A program made the position numbers and the translations under genes. From Auanema rhodensis (Eukaryota; Animalia; Nematoda): DNA of 64,000 bases. Shown here piece after piece: positions 39,501-48,664 of the stretch. Within the stretch, counting starts at the first letter, position 1. Each line of letters begins with the position of its first letter. The DNA is taken from the NCBI GenBank assembly GCA_964057225.1, contig OZ059896.1, positions 16,244,001-16,308,000 of the forward strand, given 5' to 3'. The notes under the pieces were generated by a model. It was not told the origin of the DNA. It did no database searches and saw nothing but the letters and a program-made list of their open reading frames with translations.

Positions 39501-42500
39501 ACCCACCCAGGATGACAAAACTGCCTAGATCACGCACTGACACACAGTTCTACACCCAGATGGATCAAATACAGGAGTTTCTTGATTATCTAGAGCAAAA
39601 CAATCGTCTAACTCGGATATCAAAAGAACAAAGAGAGACAGAAAATAAGAAATGGGCAGATCTCACAAAACAGGCAAATTCGTCAGCAATCGTCTTTCCC
39701 AACTATACCCTCATCTTCAACGGACACGCACAAAATTATGGGTTGCCCAAAAATCAACCTACAATCAGACCTATCACGGATGAAGACAGCAAATTATTTC
39801 AACAAGCATATCTTCAGCTCATTGAGTCACCTGGTGCTAGCCCCACAACCACCACTACTACAACCACCACAACCACTACATCGACTACCACAACAACTGC
39901 CCCGACAACTACTACTCATCGGACGTCTCCACCTCAACCTACAACTACACCAAGGAGATATTATTATTACCAGAGTACAACAACTCCAGTAACTCCACCA
40001 CCACGTCCTCTCACCACCACATCCCGCAGGGAATCTACTAGGACACTTCCAACAACTCGGACTACTACAAAGCGAGCAACAACGACCCAACCGATTGAGG
40101 AAATCAAATCTCACACTGGATCACAAGCACACCTCAATTTCCTACGAACACGAGCAGATATCATTCAAAAATACGACGATCAACTACGCCAACAAGATAC
40201 AAGGTCCCACCTCCAATACTCTACGTCAAAACTAGAGGAGGAAATCTTACAATCTTTCCAAATAACAAAGAAAAACGTATGCAGAATGCAAAATAAGCAG
40301 CTACTTACCTGGTGGGCAATCCTGCAGATTAATCCGACTATAGGAATTCGCACTATGCTTCGTCGACAGGATATTTCAGCAAAGTTTGTTGGAGAACATC
40401 TTATTTACGTCATGCCATGCACCCCTGTACAAGTAACACGTGTATACTCGGATCACAAACGAGACGATAAATGTTACCTGGAGACACCGGTAGACACGGA
40501 ACATCACGGAAAACTCTTCATCACACCAGGATCAAGAGATTTAACACCATTTGCCCACATCATAGCATGCGATATGGCTACATCAGATCCCTACAGAGAA
40601 AACAATCAATGGATGAAAGATAATTCAACATTGAATGTGACTAACTTCTCATTTTCGGATGAACTCACATCTGTAAAAATTGATCACATTAAGTTTAACA
40701 ATTCCAACATATTTTCAAACCTCACGGAGTCAACATTTCCAATGGCACTGGCTATTTCCTACGGCTCTAGCCTAGCATCTTTACAAGCAACTATGCCAGG
40801 AAAATTGAAACCAGTCTTCAAACATTCTGGACTATCCAATCTGAATCCAATAGGAATTATAGGAGGAACAGTTGGAACGACATTAATGATAGCAGATAAC
40901 ATATCAAACAACGCGGAGAAACAAATCACAAATTTCTTTGGATACATAGGAGAATCAATTACAGCATGGATACTAAGGACACTAGCTATTATTGGAGCAA
41001 TCATCGTCACAATAGGACTCATAACTGTTACTATTTGGGCATTAAAAATATATGCATGTACCACAAGGATACCAATCAATCAAATCACATTCAACGAACA
41101 AGACGAAGAACCAAGAGGAGAGGACAAACAATTCGAATTAAAACCACTAGTCACTTCTCAGCAAGAGAAATTATATACAAGAACCTCTCGATATGATCCT
41201 GACGCCCCACTATCAGATAATGACTTTTTCGCCTATCTACCACGGTACGCTATGAAAGAATCAAGGATTAACTACATCGGAGGATCACGACTACCTTTCG
41301 TACCTCTCTCCATTCACAATCAGATCTTTACTGCTTTATGGGACACAGGAGCTTCTATATCATACATGAAGGAAAGTACATTTCAACAACTACCGGCAGC
41401 AACAATGGTTATGGAAAAGACAACAGCCATTGTAGCAAACAAATCACGATTTTCTTTCCTGGGCTACACAAGAATCCCAATTATTATCGGGAAGACAGAA
41501 ATCGAGCACAAAGTACTGATTTCTGCCAACAACCACTGCCCAGCACCAATATTATTAGGAATAGACTTCATAGAAGCTCTCAACAAAATAGGAATAAATA
41601 CATCTTTACGACCACTACAAAATTCACTACTAATTGGAGACACAATAGTACCTTTAGCACAAGACTACGCGCCATGGACTGAGAACCACACGATAGCACA
41701 CGTCGTAAGCCTGGAAACTAAACAGTTCTACCCAGGAGAAACCAGATCGCTTACATTGGAAGTAGACGATCCCGCCTCTTACGAACAAGCTTTCATTAGA
41801 AGCTCACAGCGGACAGGAAAAATGAGTTTCGCCCCTACTACTTTCACCCCAACGGGATATGGAGTTCAGATATTTGCTACAAATATCTCTCCAGACACAA
41901 TTGTAGTACAGACAAATCAAGGCATTGGAACAGCTTACGCTATCCCGAAAAACACGGAGGAGCAAAAAGGACAATATGTGCCACCAGAAGCAAGATGGGA
42001 AGATCAACTACCATACTTCCCAGAGGACTTTATAAAAGACCTCGATGTAACAAACACCATCTTTACTCAGCTAGAGAGACAACAGTTAAAGAAAATAGTG
42101 CTCAGAAACAAGGAAGCTTTCTTAAACGAGGATCGCAATATTGGACTTTTCAAAGGACCAGTGGAACATAGCATCCCGATCATCGAAGGAAAAGTTCCAT
42201 CTTTCAAGATCACGTACAGAATACCTCTATCACAACAAGAAGAAGTAGAAAAACAAGTGGAGGAAATGTTAGAACAAGGAATAATTGAGCCATCTTTTTC
42301 TATGACTACCAGTCCCGTAATATTGGTCAAGAAAAAGGATAAAACGTACAGATTTGTGACTGATTTTCGAGCACTCAACGCAATAACGCAAAAACAAATC
42401 TACGTTATATCTAACATTCAAGACATCTTGGACCTAGCAGCCGGAGCGCGTATCTTCAGTAACTTTGATCTAGTATCTGGATTCTTTCAAATCCCTCTTA

Positions 42501-45355
42501 GATCAGAAGATAGACACCTCACCGCATTCACTACTACGAGCGGAACTTATCAATACTGCAGAATGCCGATGGGACTCTGCGGAGCTCCACACACATTCCA
42601 AAATGCTGTACGATATTTACAACAACACGTACGATGCAAGCTCTTCGTCTATCTCGACGATCTACTTCTCATATCGGAATCAACGACGAAACATTTACAA
42701 GATATCGACGAAGTACTGAACGCATCAGCAGAGCTAGGATTAAAAATCAAGCTTAAGAAATGTACCTTTGGACAACAAGAAGTCAAATTCCTAGGATTCA
42801 TTGTTGGACACGAAGGAATAAAACCAGACCCTCAGAAAGTAAAAGCAATCCAAGATTATCCAAGACCGAAATCAATAACAGGAGTTCGAGCATTTATGGG
42901 AGTTGTGAACTACTTTCGCAGATTTATTAGAAATGCCGCAGGCATTGCGTCACCACTTTATGAGCTCACGAAAAAGGATACAGCTTTCAAATGGGGAGAT
43001 GCAGAAGAACAAGCATTTCAACAACTTAAACAGATACTCTGTCAAGCTCCTGTACTACAAGCACCTATAGCAAAACGACCTTACGTCATTGAAAGCGATG
43101 AAAGTATAATTGCAGTTGGCGCAGTACTATTACAGGCTAAAGACGACAAGGAACCACTTCACCCAATTGCATTTGTCAGCCGAAAACTGAACAAAGCCGA
43201 ACGGAATTACCCGCCAATTGAAATCGAAGCCCTAGCACTCACTTTCGCAGTGCATCAATTTCGGACTTACATACTAGGCACACCAATAAGAATCATTACC
43301 GATCACAGGCCTCTTACTAGCCTCATGACAAGAAAAGATCTCATTGGCAGGCTAGCAAAATTTCAAATCGTATTACAAGAATACGACATCGAGATAGTGT
43401 ATCGCCCAGGACGTCTTAACAGCGTCTGTGATGCACTTTCACGATATTTTGAAGACGAAGTCAACGAAGCCAAGGAAAGAAAGAAGAAACCAAAAGAAAC
43501 TCCTACACACAAAATCTCGACTATTTCAACTATTACGGACCTTCGGACCATTCAAGGCAATACAGAATGGATCATGGAAACAAAAGAAAAGATTCGGAAC
43601 AAAACAGCAGGAAGGCAACTAATGGATCGATATATCGTTGTGAACGACGCTCTGTATGCAAAACCCAAAACAGCTTTACAAACTCCGCGAGCCATTCTAC
43701 CAAACGATCCAGCAATCACAATACCAATTATAGAAAAATTTCATAAAGACCCAATTCTCGGAGCACATCTTGGAATCAATAAGACTCAAGACTCCATTTT
43801 GCGACGGTACACTTGGACAGGAATACAGGATGATATCACAAGATATGTGAACAGATGTCTCGACTGTGCAAAGAGGAAAAATAACCCACATGAAGCCACA
43901 GTTGAACCAATGAGAAACTTCCCAACAGTGACACATCCATGGGAACGAGTTCACATGGACATACTAGGACCATTACCTAGAACTGCAAAGGATAATAGAT
44001 ACATTTTATCTATACAGGACGCATTTTCCAAATGGATTATAGCGATACCATTAATTCGTCAGACATCAGAAGAAATAGTATCAGCTATTATGACACACTT
44101 ATTCTATGTCTTCGGACCCCCAAAGAAAATCATCACAGACAATGGATCAAACTTTGTCTCACACGAATTCAAAAGCATGTGCGATAATCTTGGATCGGAA
44201 CATCACACAACTATGCCATACTACAAAAACGCAAATGGTCAAGTGGAACGACTACACAGAACACTGGAAGAAGCATTAACTTCCTACGTTAATGACGACC
44301 AAGACAATTGGGATATTATTCTACCAAAAATTGTTTTTACGATGAATCGACTACCAAACGCTACTACTCGCACACCACCCTACGACTGTCTGTTTGGACA
44401 AACAGCTCGGTTACCAATAGATAAGGACTTAGAAACTCCAGGAGCCACAATCAAGAACGCCCCGGACTTACACGAGAAGATTCATGAAAGGATAGAGTTG
44501 AATAATGAAAGAATGAAGAAGAAATACGACGAAAATCACAGGACGCAGGAAAGAGAGATCTTCGTGGAAAATAGAGCACTCGTCAAGCGAGCAAAGCCAG
44601 CAAATAAATTACAAACAACAAGCGATGGACCATATATAATCAAGGAAATAAAAGGAAATAACGTAATATTAGCAGATAGCGAAGGGAATACGATTATAGC
44701 TCACAAGAATAATATAAGATACTTTCCACCCGACGATAACAACGTCGAAGAAAGCGAGCACAACAGAAACGACTCCGCACCCGCCATTTATAGCGACGGC
44801 TCACAGCAGGATACGGAAAATACGCGCGCTAAAAATAGCACGCCCACCGCAACATCAATCTCTGATTCAGAAAGCGACAACGAGGACGAATTCTACGAAC
44901 AAAGCCGACCTTCAATAACACCACAAGAAACAATAGCACCACAGGAAATTACGCGGGAAACACAACAGGACAATTATCAACCAGAAACCGGACCGAATAC
45001 GGCAGACAAGTCAGCTACGGACAAGGACGAAAACAACTTATTTCAACAACTTGTCGATAAAATTGGAGAAGAAACAAGGCAAGAGCTCTATGAAGAAAGA
45101 CGTAAAGAGATACCCACAACCAAAAGATGGAGCTCAGCCCTCAAGTTGGCACTTGGAATAGAAGACAAAAATCCTATAACCGCTCCAAAACCATTCCACG
45201 TACCAATAAGGTACAACAGCGTGATACCCACCTTAGAGTCTAAAAACAGGCTCACACGCTCTCAGATACCTGATGCTCATTTCAATTCTCCAAAAACACC
45301 GGTTGTACGAAAGAAACGACCTTCAACAGTGATTGGAGCAACAACAACCATTTAA
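36515..45355 (+). CDS. Gag-Env(gB/class III-like)-PR-RT-RNaseH-IN polyprotein, 2946 aa
   Basis: Gag (PTLYDGS, LKQG..ETV..F..R); signal peptide at ~38174; Cys-rich ectodomain; RRQKR; Thr-rich tract; INP...ISAKFVGE..PC.PV..CY; TM at ~40960-41050; PR LWDTGAS; RT YLDD; RNase H; IN HHCC plus D/D/E. Confidence 0.93.
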   Translation: MADAANQNPPPGNIAQNATNSAEKTQTVEAALHRNQRKRGPPDAFRPDAKYPKTNAKSKKLPPIPGTPLTAKKLYTTAIKTTRHAISLNKNKTSSSKSTPKRSSHSPKTVVNTGTNTCPPNHTSPQRLVQTANAEILTSPIPRNSPSSTDQSLHGHSLSPVSSSSDNNVNLTSNVTEQRSRPQMAEQMEQDNSPIARAHNVSIRHHKPTLYDGSVPFNLYMQRLEGYFDALQVPIAERLSHLYLLLGTDRAAEALRTIPAEDLRQGWNHVKRILSEKLQPPEKRDAAFTKLTHLKQGEHETVQNFAQRCRNLAYESCNMDSTADERILRASFLGGLRKTLRTHVNNRSPITFDAAVTIAETVEADEDPSLLVNNLIKDVEQLEINNGLINHMRASQQEKIYDGSQTHQSRTFYGNQSRPQHPQEQWNQRRGGYRSPRYQEDRQNNRHNFRQDNRNNGYQRGYNNYRSPQRYDRYNDRYNSRGNDRYDSRRNDRQEHRGNDRYNRGNCPDRGFQQRNRSTSYGPHNRHRDRTRSPSVRFHVNKVEKETVKTKKTLPFIPLFLSVIALSMIPCQADNTYQLCIGKRGGIFLEPPRPTTCSDYAHKDGVEIKTVELFAENMNYKEWEAWKCAKEIYETCAHDLFFIRENNVTLLRIEPATPQECQTAIQERRHMDNDLNREAPGLFKAPMPSNTQSKSLWASSCTTKSRFTLERGMMTSLHDDTIISALFINTEGCIKQQGVCNTTNAVITWIPPNDHRNCDSTTLGKFEALINNDTVLISEIQGAFILKNNTPDPTATRCMNTSIYSTDSGTYISIKDLKTHRRQKRMAPQEYPTRFFNITIYKSLRLTDSSTGILPMYQTYRNRKRLDNAYNLMEYLKTSSVHIGFIKFLQLDSSKLKNRLLWHNYTDINMVILHTLAEAEIRLSTKIAIEHLLPSEITAKLSKQITISDFATRLLNYEGDYLDRARQIATEIAHTPTTLATGETIPSMEDYLYQLYPPRMTKLPRSRTDTQFYTQMDQIQEFLDYLEQNNRLTRISKEQRETENKKWADLTKQANSSAIVFPNYTLIFNGHAQNYGLPKNQPTIRPITDEDSKLFQQAYLQLIESPGASPTTTTTTTTTTTTSTTTTTAPTTTTHRTSPPQPTTTPRRYYYYQSTTTPVTPPPRPLTTTSRRESTRTLPTTRTTTKRATTTQPIEEIKSHTGSQAHLNFLRTRADIIQKYDDQLRQQDTRSHLQYSTSKLEEEILQSFQITKKNVCRMQNKQLLTWWAILQINPTIGIRTMLRRQDISAKFVGEHLIYVMPCTPVQVTRVYSDHKRDDKCYLETPVDTEHHGKLFITPGSRDLTPFAHIIACDMATSDPYRENNQWMKDNSTLNVTNFSFSDELTSVKIDHIKFNNSNIFSNLTESTFPMALAISYGSSLASLQATMPGKLKPVFKHSGLSNLNPIGIIGGTVGTTLMIADNISNNAEKQITNFFGYIGESITAWILRTLAIIGAIIVTIGLITVTIWALKIYACTTRIPINQITFNEQDEEPRGEDKQFELKPLVTSQQEKLYTRTSRYDPDAPLSDNDFFAYLPRYAMKESRINYIGGSRLPFVPLSIHNQIFTALWDTGASISYMKESTFQQLPAATMVMEKTTAIVANKSRFSFLGYTRIPIIIGKTEIEHKVLISANNHCPAPILLGIDFIEALNKIGINTSLRPLQNSLLIGDTIVPLAQDYAPWTENHTIAHVVSLETKQFYPGETRSLTLEVDDPASYEQAFIRSSQRTGKMSFAPTTFTPTGYGVQIFATNISPDTIVVQTNQGIGTAYAIPKNTEEQKGQYVPPEARWEDQLPYFPEDFIKDLDVTNTIFTQLERQQLKKIVLRNKEAFLNEDRNIGLFKGPVEHSIPIIEGKVPSFKITYRIPLSQQEEVEKQVEEMLEQGIIEPSFSMTTSPVILVKKKDKTYRFVTDFRALNAITQKQIYVISNIQDILDLAAGARIFSNFDLVSGFFQIPLRSEDRHLTAFTTTSGTYQYCRMPMGLCGAPHTFQNAVRYLQQHVRCKLFVYLDDLLLISESTTKHLQDIDEVLNASAELGLKIKLKKCTFGQQEVKFLGFIVGHEGIKPDPQKVKAIQDYPRPKSITGVRAFMGVVNYFRRFIRNAAGIASPLYELTKKDTAFKWGDAEEQAFQQLKQILCQAPVLQAPIAKRPYVIESDESIIAVGAVLLQAKDDKEPLHPIAFVSRKLNKAERNYPPIEIEALALTFAVHQFRTYILGTPIRIITDHRPLTSLMTRKDLIGRLAKFQIVLQEYDIEIVYRPGRLNSVCDALSRYFEDEVNEAKERKKKPKETPTHKISTISTITDLRTIQGNTEWIMETKEKIRNKTAGRQLMDRYIVVNDALYAKPKTALQTPRAILPNDPAITIPIIEKFHKDPILGAHLGINKTQDSILRRYTWTGIQDDITRYVNRCLDCAKRKNNPHEATVEPMRNFPTVTHPWERVHMDILGPLPRTAKDNRYILSIQDAFSKWIIAIPLIRQTSEEIVSAIMTHLFYVFGPPKKIITDNGSNFVSHEFKSMCDNLGSEHHTTMPYYKNANGQVERLHRTLEEALTSYVNDDQDNWDIILPKIVFTMNRLPNATTRTPPYDCLFGQTARLPIDKDLETPGATIKNAPDLHEKIHERIELNNERMKKKYDENHRTQEREIFVENRALVKRAKPANKLQTTSDGPYIIKEIKGNNVILADSEGNTIIAHKNNIRYFPPDDNNVEESEHNRNDSAPAIYSDGSQQDTENTRAKNSTPTATSISDSESDNEDEFYEQSRPSITPQETIAPQEITRETQQDNYQPETGPNTADKSATDKDENNLFQQLVDKIGEETRQELYEERRKEIPTTKRWSSALKLALGIEDKNPITAPKPFHVPIRYNSVIPTLESKNRLTRSQIPDAHFNSPKTPVVRKKRPSTVIGATTTI

Positions 45356-45577
45356 TCAAAAATAGAAACTTTTTTGGGAAAATAACTTTATTAATTAATT
45401 TTTTTTTATTAATTTACAATAATTCATTCTATCTGCTACCCAAACAACAAAAACAATGTTTTCCCCAATCATCAATCTTAATATCTATGTATCACAAAAT
45501 ATATACTTACCTATTTTTTTTCACCCTATATAAGCTCAAAATTCACCTCAAGCAGAAAAACTCCCAGCACCACAAGA

Positions 45578-45817
45578 ATGGCACTCGTCTTCCCTCCACC
45601 AGCCTGCGAGACACCTATCGCGATGATCAAGGAAAAGTGGATCAAGATACATTCGCTCCAGATAGAACTACAACAACTGGAGACAACAAACAACAGGACT
45701 AAAAAGATAAGAATCCTCCAATCATTTTCGGAGAATTTAGCCAGAGTTACTCTATTAATAGAGACTCTGGAAAGGTTACAATGTTCATGTAACAATGATG
45801 AAGAAGAGATGGCCTAA
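45578..45817 (+). CDS. Accessory ORF A (helical, coiled-coil-like)
   Basis: ATG ORF inside the element; homolog at 28456-28827(-). Confidence 0.55.
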   Translation: MALVFPPPACETPIAMIKEKWIKIHSLQIELQQLETTNNRTKKIRILQSFSENLARVTLLIETLERLQCSCNNDEEEMA

Positions 45818-46213
45818 ATGGCGCAAAACTGGTCCGAGGCCACTGCCCGCACCAAGGCCACCATCAACAAACTACGCGAAGATCTAGGCTATCCAGCCTC
45901 CGAAAATGTAGCTAGCGCGGATCTCATCCCAAGATGGGCCGCGGAAGAGATCCACAAGAGCTGGACAGAAGAAAGTATGATGGAATCGACTAACCAGTCG
46001 ATTAGGAAGGCGGGAGACCTGATCAGCCAGGCCTTAAGGATACTAATGGCGACGCGCGCCACCACTCCGGACCAGAAAAGAAAGAAAATGATGATAGCAG
46101 GCCAGGCGACGGAACTGCTGACAGACGTCAGCCTGTTCCACATATGGACGGTCGCCGACCGGCAACCCGCGACCGACTTCCAGCTGGGACAAATCGAGGA
46201 GGAAGAAGGATAA
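45818..46213 (+). CDS. Accessory ORF B, unknown function
   Basis: Abuts ORF A (TAA-ATG), GC-richer coding-like composition, ends just before the right TIR. Confidence 0.55.
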   Translation: MAQNWSEATARTKATINKLREDLGYPASENVASADLIPRWAAEEIHKSWTEESMMESTNQSIRKAGDLISQALRILMATRATTPDQKRKKMMIAGQATELLTDVSLFHIWTVADRQPATDFQLGQIEEEEG

Positions 46214-46226
46214 CAGCTGCACGAGG

Positions 46227-46773
46227 TGAATTCATAGTTTTTCTTTTCTTCTCTTTTCTTTTCTTTTTCTTTTTATATTGTTTTCATTTTTTTATATTCC
46301 TTATTCCTATTACACTATTATTCCTATTCTAGTATTCTAATTCTAATTCATTTATATTTTTCTCTTTTGTTTCTTTTCCTTAAAACGTCTAATTTCTTAT
46401 AGCTGAGGTCAGCTACTTTTTCAATATAAGGCATGTTCCATACGTGTCTTATAAAGAAGGCGGTTGACAACGTCAACCGACTTTTGGTTAATGGAATTCA
46501 ATAAGAAACTAGACCTGAACTACTTTTTGTATAAATTCAATTATATTTGTAATTAATATTTTTCTATATAAACCCCTGAGAAAGCAACTAGGTTGGCTTT
46601 CTCATAACATGTAGTTTCATTTATTTGATTATTGTATTTTGCTTTTATAATTGTATTTTCATATTCTGAATAAACTTCTTTTTTCTCTACTCTCTGTTAC
46701 TTTTACAATGGCATTCACACTATTAAAGTCCATATGGTTACCTAGCCGGAACCCTAGGAACCAATATGGAACG
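46227..46773. repeat. Right terminal inverted repeat (~550 bp)
   Basis: tgaattcatag...ggaaccaatatggaacg; a handful of substitutions and indels relative to the left arm. Confidence 0.93.
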
Positions 46774-46834
46774 ATATCAAACTAGAACGAACGGTTGCAC
46801 TGCATACATATTCTGAAAAGAAAGGTAAGCATTC

Positions 46835-46953
46835 GCTTACGACCATACCACGTTGAAAATACGCCATCCCGTCCGATCTGGCAAGTCAAGCAACGTTGGG
46901 CCCGGTTAGTACTTGGATCGGAGACGGCTTGGGAATCCCGGGTGCCGTAAGCT
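46835..46953 (+). rRNA. 5S rRNA
   Basis: Full-length copy. Confidence 0.95.
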
Positions 46954-47054
46954 TTTTCTTTTTCTCACTTTCTCATCTAGTTTGTAATCAGTAGTTACCT
47001 ATATGGTATACGGTTATCTGGAAATGTTTTCATTTTCCGAGACAATTCTTAGAC

Positions 47055-47195
47055 AGCTTTGCGCAGTGGCGATAACGTGACCAATGAGGCTTTGCCGAGG
47101 TGCGTTTATTGCTGGTTGAAAACTTTTCCCAATTACCCGCGATATTCCCTGAAACATGGGTGATATACGCAATTTTTGAATGCCTGATAAGGCTG
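47055..47195 (+). ncRNA. U4: U4 snRNA
   Basis: Consensus copy. Confidence 0.95.
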
Positions 47196-47373
47196 ATTTG
47201 CATATTATGGAAGAATGTTCCACGTGAAAAGACGTCAATTTTCAAAATCAAACTAAAACGAACGGTTGCACTGCATACATATTCTGAAAAGAAAGGTAAG
47301 CATTCGCTTACGACCATACCACGTTGAAAGTACGCCATCCCGTCCGATCTGGCAAGTCAAGCAACGTTGGGCC

Positions 47374-47717
47374 TGTCGCTTGACAACTGGACTTTTACCT
47401 CCAAGTATCAGTCCAAGTATGGAGTCGGTTCGTATGAGTGCTGTGTTATGCGTTAAAACAAGTAAAATGAAGAACGATTTATTCAACGAAATACAACAAA
47501 ACAGTAAAGTGAAAATAGCAAGTAGATTGATTTTAGAATTTCCTAGAAAATCCTAAAATCAATTCAAAATTGGTGAGACATGAGTTTTAACCATCTGGTT
47601 CTCCCTTTTATAGGGAAGCACCAGATGGATCAAGGGAGGAGAATGTTTTTGCAAAACAAAGTAAGAATGAGTGAAATCAGTATGAAACTTACATATTCTT
47701 TCACGTCGACCGTGACA
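47374..47717 (-). mobile_element. BEL/Pao solo LTR inside 5S (5S halves span 47306-47773)
   Basis: 344 bp; GGGCC TSD. Confidence 0.93.
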
Positions 47718-47874
47718 GGGCCCGGTTAGTACTTGGATCGGAGACGGCTTGGGAATCCCGGGTGCCGTAAGCTTTTTCTTTTTCTCACTTTCTCATCTAG
47801 TTTGTAATCAGTAGTTACCTATATGGTATACGGTTATCTGGAAATGTTTTCATTTTCCGAGACAATTCTTAGAC

Positions 47875-48015
47875 AGCTTTGCGCAGTGGCGATAACGTGA
47901 CCAATGAGGCTTTGCCGAGGTGCGTTTATTGCTGGTTGAAAACTTTTCCCAATTACCCGCGATATTCCCTGAAACATGGGTGATATACGCAATTTTTGAA
48001 TGCCTGATAAGGCTG
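47875..48015 (+). ncRNA. U4: U4 snRNA
   Basis: Consensus copy. Confidence 0.95.
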
Positions 48016-48125
48016 AATGGAATATTATGGAAGAATGTTCCACGTGAAAAGACGTCAATTTTCAAAATCAAACTAGAACGAACGGTTGCACTGCATACAT
48101 ATTCTGAAAAGAAAGGTAAGCATTC

Positions 48126-48244
48126 GCTTACGACCATACCACGTTGAAAGTACGCCATCCCGTCCGATCTGGCAAGTCAAGCAACGTTGGGCCCGGTTAG
48201 TACTTGGATCGGAGACGGCTTGGGAATCCCGGGTGCCGTAAGCT
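48126..48244 (+). rRNA. 5S rRNA
   Basis: Full-length copy. Confidence 0.95.
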
Positions 48245-48345
48245 TTTTCTTTTTCTCACTTTCTCATCTAGTTTGTAATCAGTAGTTACCTATATGGTAT
48301 ACGGTTATCTGGAAATGTTTTCATTTTCCGAGAGAATTCTTAGAC

Positions 48346-48486
48346 AGCTTTGCGCAGTGGCGATAACGTGACCAATGAGGCTTTGCCGAGGTGCGTTTAT
48401 TGCTGGTTGAAAACTTTTCCCAATTACCCGCGATATTCCCTGAAACATGGGTGATATACGCAATTTTTGAATGCCTGATAAGGCTG
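48346..48486 (+). ncRNA. U4: U4 snRNA
   Basis: Consensus copy. Confidence 0.95.
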
Positions 48487-48664
48487 ATTTGCATATTATG
48501 GAAAAATGTTCCACGTGAAAAGACGTCAATTTTCAAAATCAAACTAAAACGAACGGTTGCACTGCATACATATTCTGAAAAGAAAGGTAAGCATTCGCTT
48601 ACGACCATACCACGTTGAAAGTACGCCATCCCGTCCGATCTGGCAAGTCAAGCAACGTTGGGCC

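Larger units (their letters stand above)
35268..46773 (+). mobile_element. Ty3/Gypsy-type retroelement bounded by long terminal inverted repeats
   Basis: 35268-35816 is the reverse complement of 46227-46773. ATAT flanks both ends (35264-35267, 46774-46777). The empty site ttttcaATATcaaactag is present at ~52873-52890. Confidence 0.92.

Noticed and set aside
35268-46773. DIRS/tyrosine-recombinase element or Polinton
   Set aside because: It encodes a DDE integrase, an aspartic protease and RT. I see no tyrosine recombinase or protein-primed polymerase, and a TSD is present.
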